A stretch of 49,383 bases of DNA, counting the filler, from Bipalium vagum (Eukaryota), in the NCBI GenBank assembly GCA_037834085.1. It is 2 parts of 2 records of this genome, joined end to end, with 100 filler letters (N's around TTAATTAATTAA, not from the genome) between each part and the next. Parts side by side here need not be neighbours in the genome. Positions count along the whole stretch, not along the records: positions 22,415 to 49,383 come from JBBMKC010110038.1; 1 more part is not named here. One strand, written 5' to 3'. The translations under genes were made by a program, and so were the position numbers. Of the stretch, positions 47,373-49,383 are shown piece by piece. Below the pieces are notes generated by a model that was not told where the DNA came from, searched no databases, and was given only the letters and a program-made list of their open reading frames with translations. Position 1 is the stretch's first letter, and the number at the start of each line of letters is the position of its first letter.

Positions 47373-48557
47373 GGTTGTTCAGAAGATTTGGTACATTTTT
47401 TCACATTCATTTTAAAGCTTTCGTTTAAAGGTTTATTGATTCAAATAAAATCCATTAGTGTTTACACATTTTTGCCAACGAATTGGTATTTTTCATTCCT
47501 CTGCTTACATAGAAATAAAAATATATAACTGTTTAAATTCCTTTTTTAGCTTCGTTCTTTTTTTTCTTTTCCATTCAAATAATTTTGTAAATGTTTGAAA
47601 AAATGAATATCAGTTGGCAAGAGATCAGGCGTGTACGGGGGACTTGGCAGAATTTCTAATTAAGGCTTTTCAGCTTATCGATGATTTGCTTTATTATGTG
47701 CGTCGGTAATATCATGCAATAGAATTAGACTTTTTTATTGATCTATATTGATTTACATTCAACTTTTATAATATCAATTTCTAGGCATTATTTCTCTGCT
47801 GTTATCATTTCTTCCTTTTCCAGGTAATCGTGATGAATCACTCCTTATGAACACCTCCATACTGTAGCAATTATCTTGTTTTCAGATAGATGTCTAATCA
47901 CTATTCTGAACGTTTAATAATGTTATATAGAAACCATTTTTCATCACAAGTAATCAGACAACGAAGAAATGGCTCGTTTTTCATCCTCAAAATGAGTTCT
48001 GACCATATCTCATAGTGCTTCGTTTTTTTTTATGGTTAGTTCATGTGGCACCCATGTATTCAGCTTCTTTTTCTCACCTTTTCGCTTTATATGACTGTAA
48101 ACGGTTTCAATACTGACATCTAGACTTTTGATGTTGTTGTTCACATATCCTTCTCCACTAGATCCTTTAAATCTTTGTCATTATGTTTGGAATAACGGTA
48201 AATTCGCTTCTTCAAGTGATAAATCTCCATTACGGAACTTCTGGTACCAACATAGTACTTTTGACTGATTTACAGTACCATGGCCCCAAATTTTATTAAC
48301 TTTTCGACCAGTTTCAGTTGCTTTAGTATCGAGTCGAATCTCATAAATATAAATTTTGCGACATGACATCCTACATTAAAGTTGGAAAAAAGTCAATTTT
48401 TAATTTAAAACGAAAACAGATTAATTAATTAATGAGAGCACTACACAGCCTTTTATGTGCTAAATAATATTAAATAATCTTTAAATAAGTGTTTTGAATT
48501 ATTTACAACTTTAATGTATATAAACAAAAAATACGCAAAACTCTCTGAACAACCTAA
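47371..48557 (-). mobile_element. near full-length decayed mariner (cecropia-like)
   Basis: TIRs TAGGTTGTTCAGAAGATTTGGTAC and TACGCAAAACTCTCTGAACAACCTA; KATETGRKVN..WYQKFRNGDLSLEE, WVPHEL, ITCDEKW, PYTPDLLPTD. Confidence 0.92.
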
Positions 48558-49310
48558 ATAATACTAAAATAATCAGGAACAAGAAGCAAAGTTAATGGGA
48601 TTTGTAATTATATAATTAAGTAATTGATTAAATCTTCGAAAGCCAATTAAATAAATATTTACTATTTAATAGATGCTTAAGAAGGGAGCTATTGATAAAG
48701 AGAGATCTCTAATATGGTTATGGGATCCGTTTTGTTGACATTCCTCGACGAACATATATTTGGATTTTGGAGAACCACTCAACATATAATAAATATATGA
48801 TGATAAAGTGAATTAAACTTGGGGTTCACTGTTTTAATTGGAAAGAAATCTTGGTCAAGGTAATTCAGGAACAAGAACGGTTAAGCATTAAATTTTGTCA
48901 GAAATTTATTTGATTAATTTTAAGTAGTCTAAATAAATAGAAACCACCCGATCGTGTGCTCAAATATCAATTTCTGTAATTCTTTAAATTTAATAAATCT
49001 GTTCACAAAATGTTCAAGTTTCGTTTTACATTTTGTTTTAGTTTTTCCACATTTTTAATATCTTTCATTTATTTTGCTGAGGACTTTTATTAAATTATTT
49101 CCAAGTTTGAGAAATTTAAATTATTATTTATTATTAAATTAAATTTTATTATTTATTTTTAAATAAGTTATTTATTGAAATAGTCTCTAACTTTTAAAAT
49201 AGCTTAGTTAAATTTTTAAAAATATTATTAAAATAATAATGAAGATAATTTATGATTGTTAAAAATTAGAATAATTAATTTGTTTAAGTATTAGGTTAAT
49301 GATGACTATA

Positions 49311-49383
49311 CAGTCCCCGCCAAAAGTTTATGATCACTTAGCAGTTTCATGAAATAAAATGATATATTATATTTTGACAGTCA
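49311..49383. mobile_element. Tc1-type TIR; element continues beyond the window
   Basis: TA|CAGTCCCCGCCAAAAGTTTATGATCAC matches the Tc1 TA|CAGT..CAAAAGT terminus. Confidence 0.7.

Noticed and set aside
1-49383. CRISPR arrays, operons or prokaryotic defence systems
   Set aside because: No regularly spaced repeat-spacer arrays; gene structure is spliceosomal and eukaryotic.

Overview
Very AT-rich eukaryotic (animal) genomic DNA, not prokaryotic. It has GT-AG spliceosomal introns from 42 nt to several kb, (ATT)n microsatellites and a dense set of decayed DNA transposons: several mariner lineages, Tc1, maT/DD37D, rosa/DD41D, pogo/Tigger, Chapaev3, and probable Harbinger and Penelope pieces. A free-living flatworm (planarian-like) host is my inference from composition only. 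Three protein genes are supportable. (1) An intronless 229-aa RING-H2-variant ORF (5868-6557, +). (2) A three-exon Peter Pan/SSF1 Brix-domain ribosome-biogenesis gene (10791-9057, -). (3) A gene of at least 7 exons and at least 1355 aa (24586 to 39616 or beyond, +) whose splice phases all join in frame. Its N-terminus is a CECR2/RSF1-type DDT-WHIM1-WHIM2/3 (ISWI-binding) module, and it continues into the HD1, HD2 and HD3 motifs of the Wnt co-activator BCL9/Legless. This apparent remodeller-adaptor/BCL9 chimera is the most interesting thing in the window. Also present: a tRNA-Ala-derived pseudogene, a fold-back element, a possible LTR end with primer-binding site, and an artificial 100-bp gap linker. 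All family assignments come from motifs recognised by eye and reference sequences recalled from memory; no searches were run.
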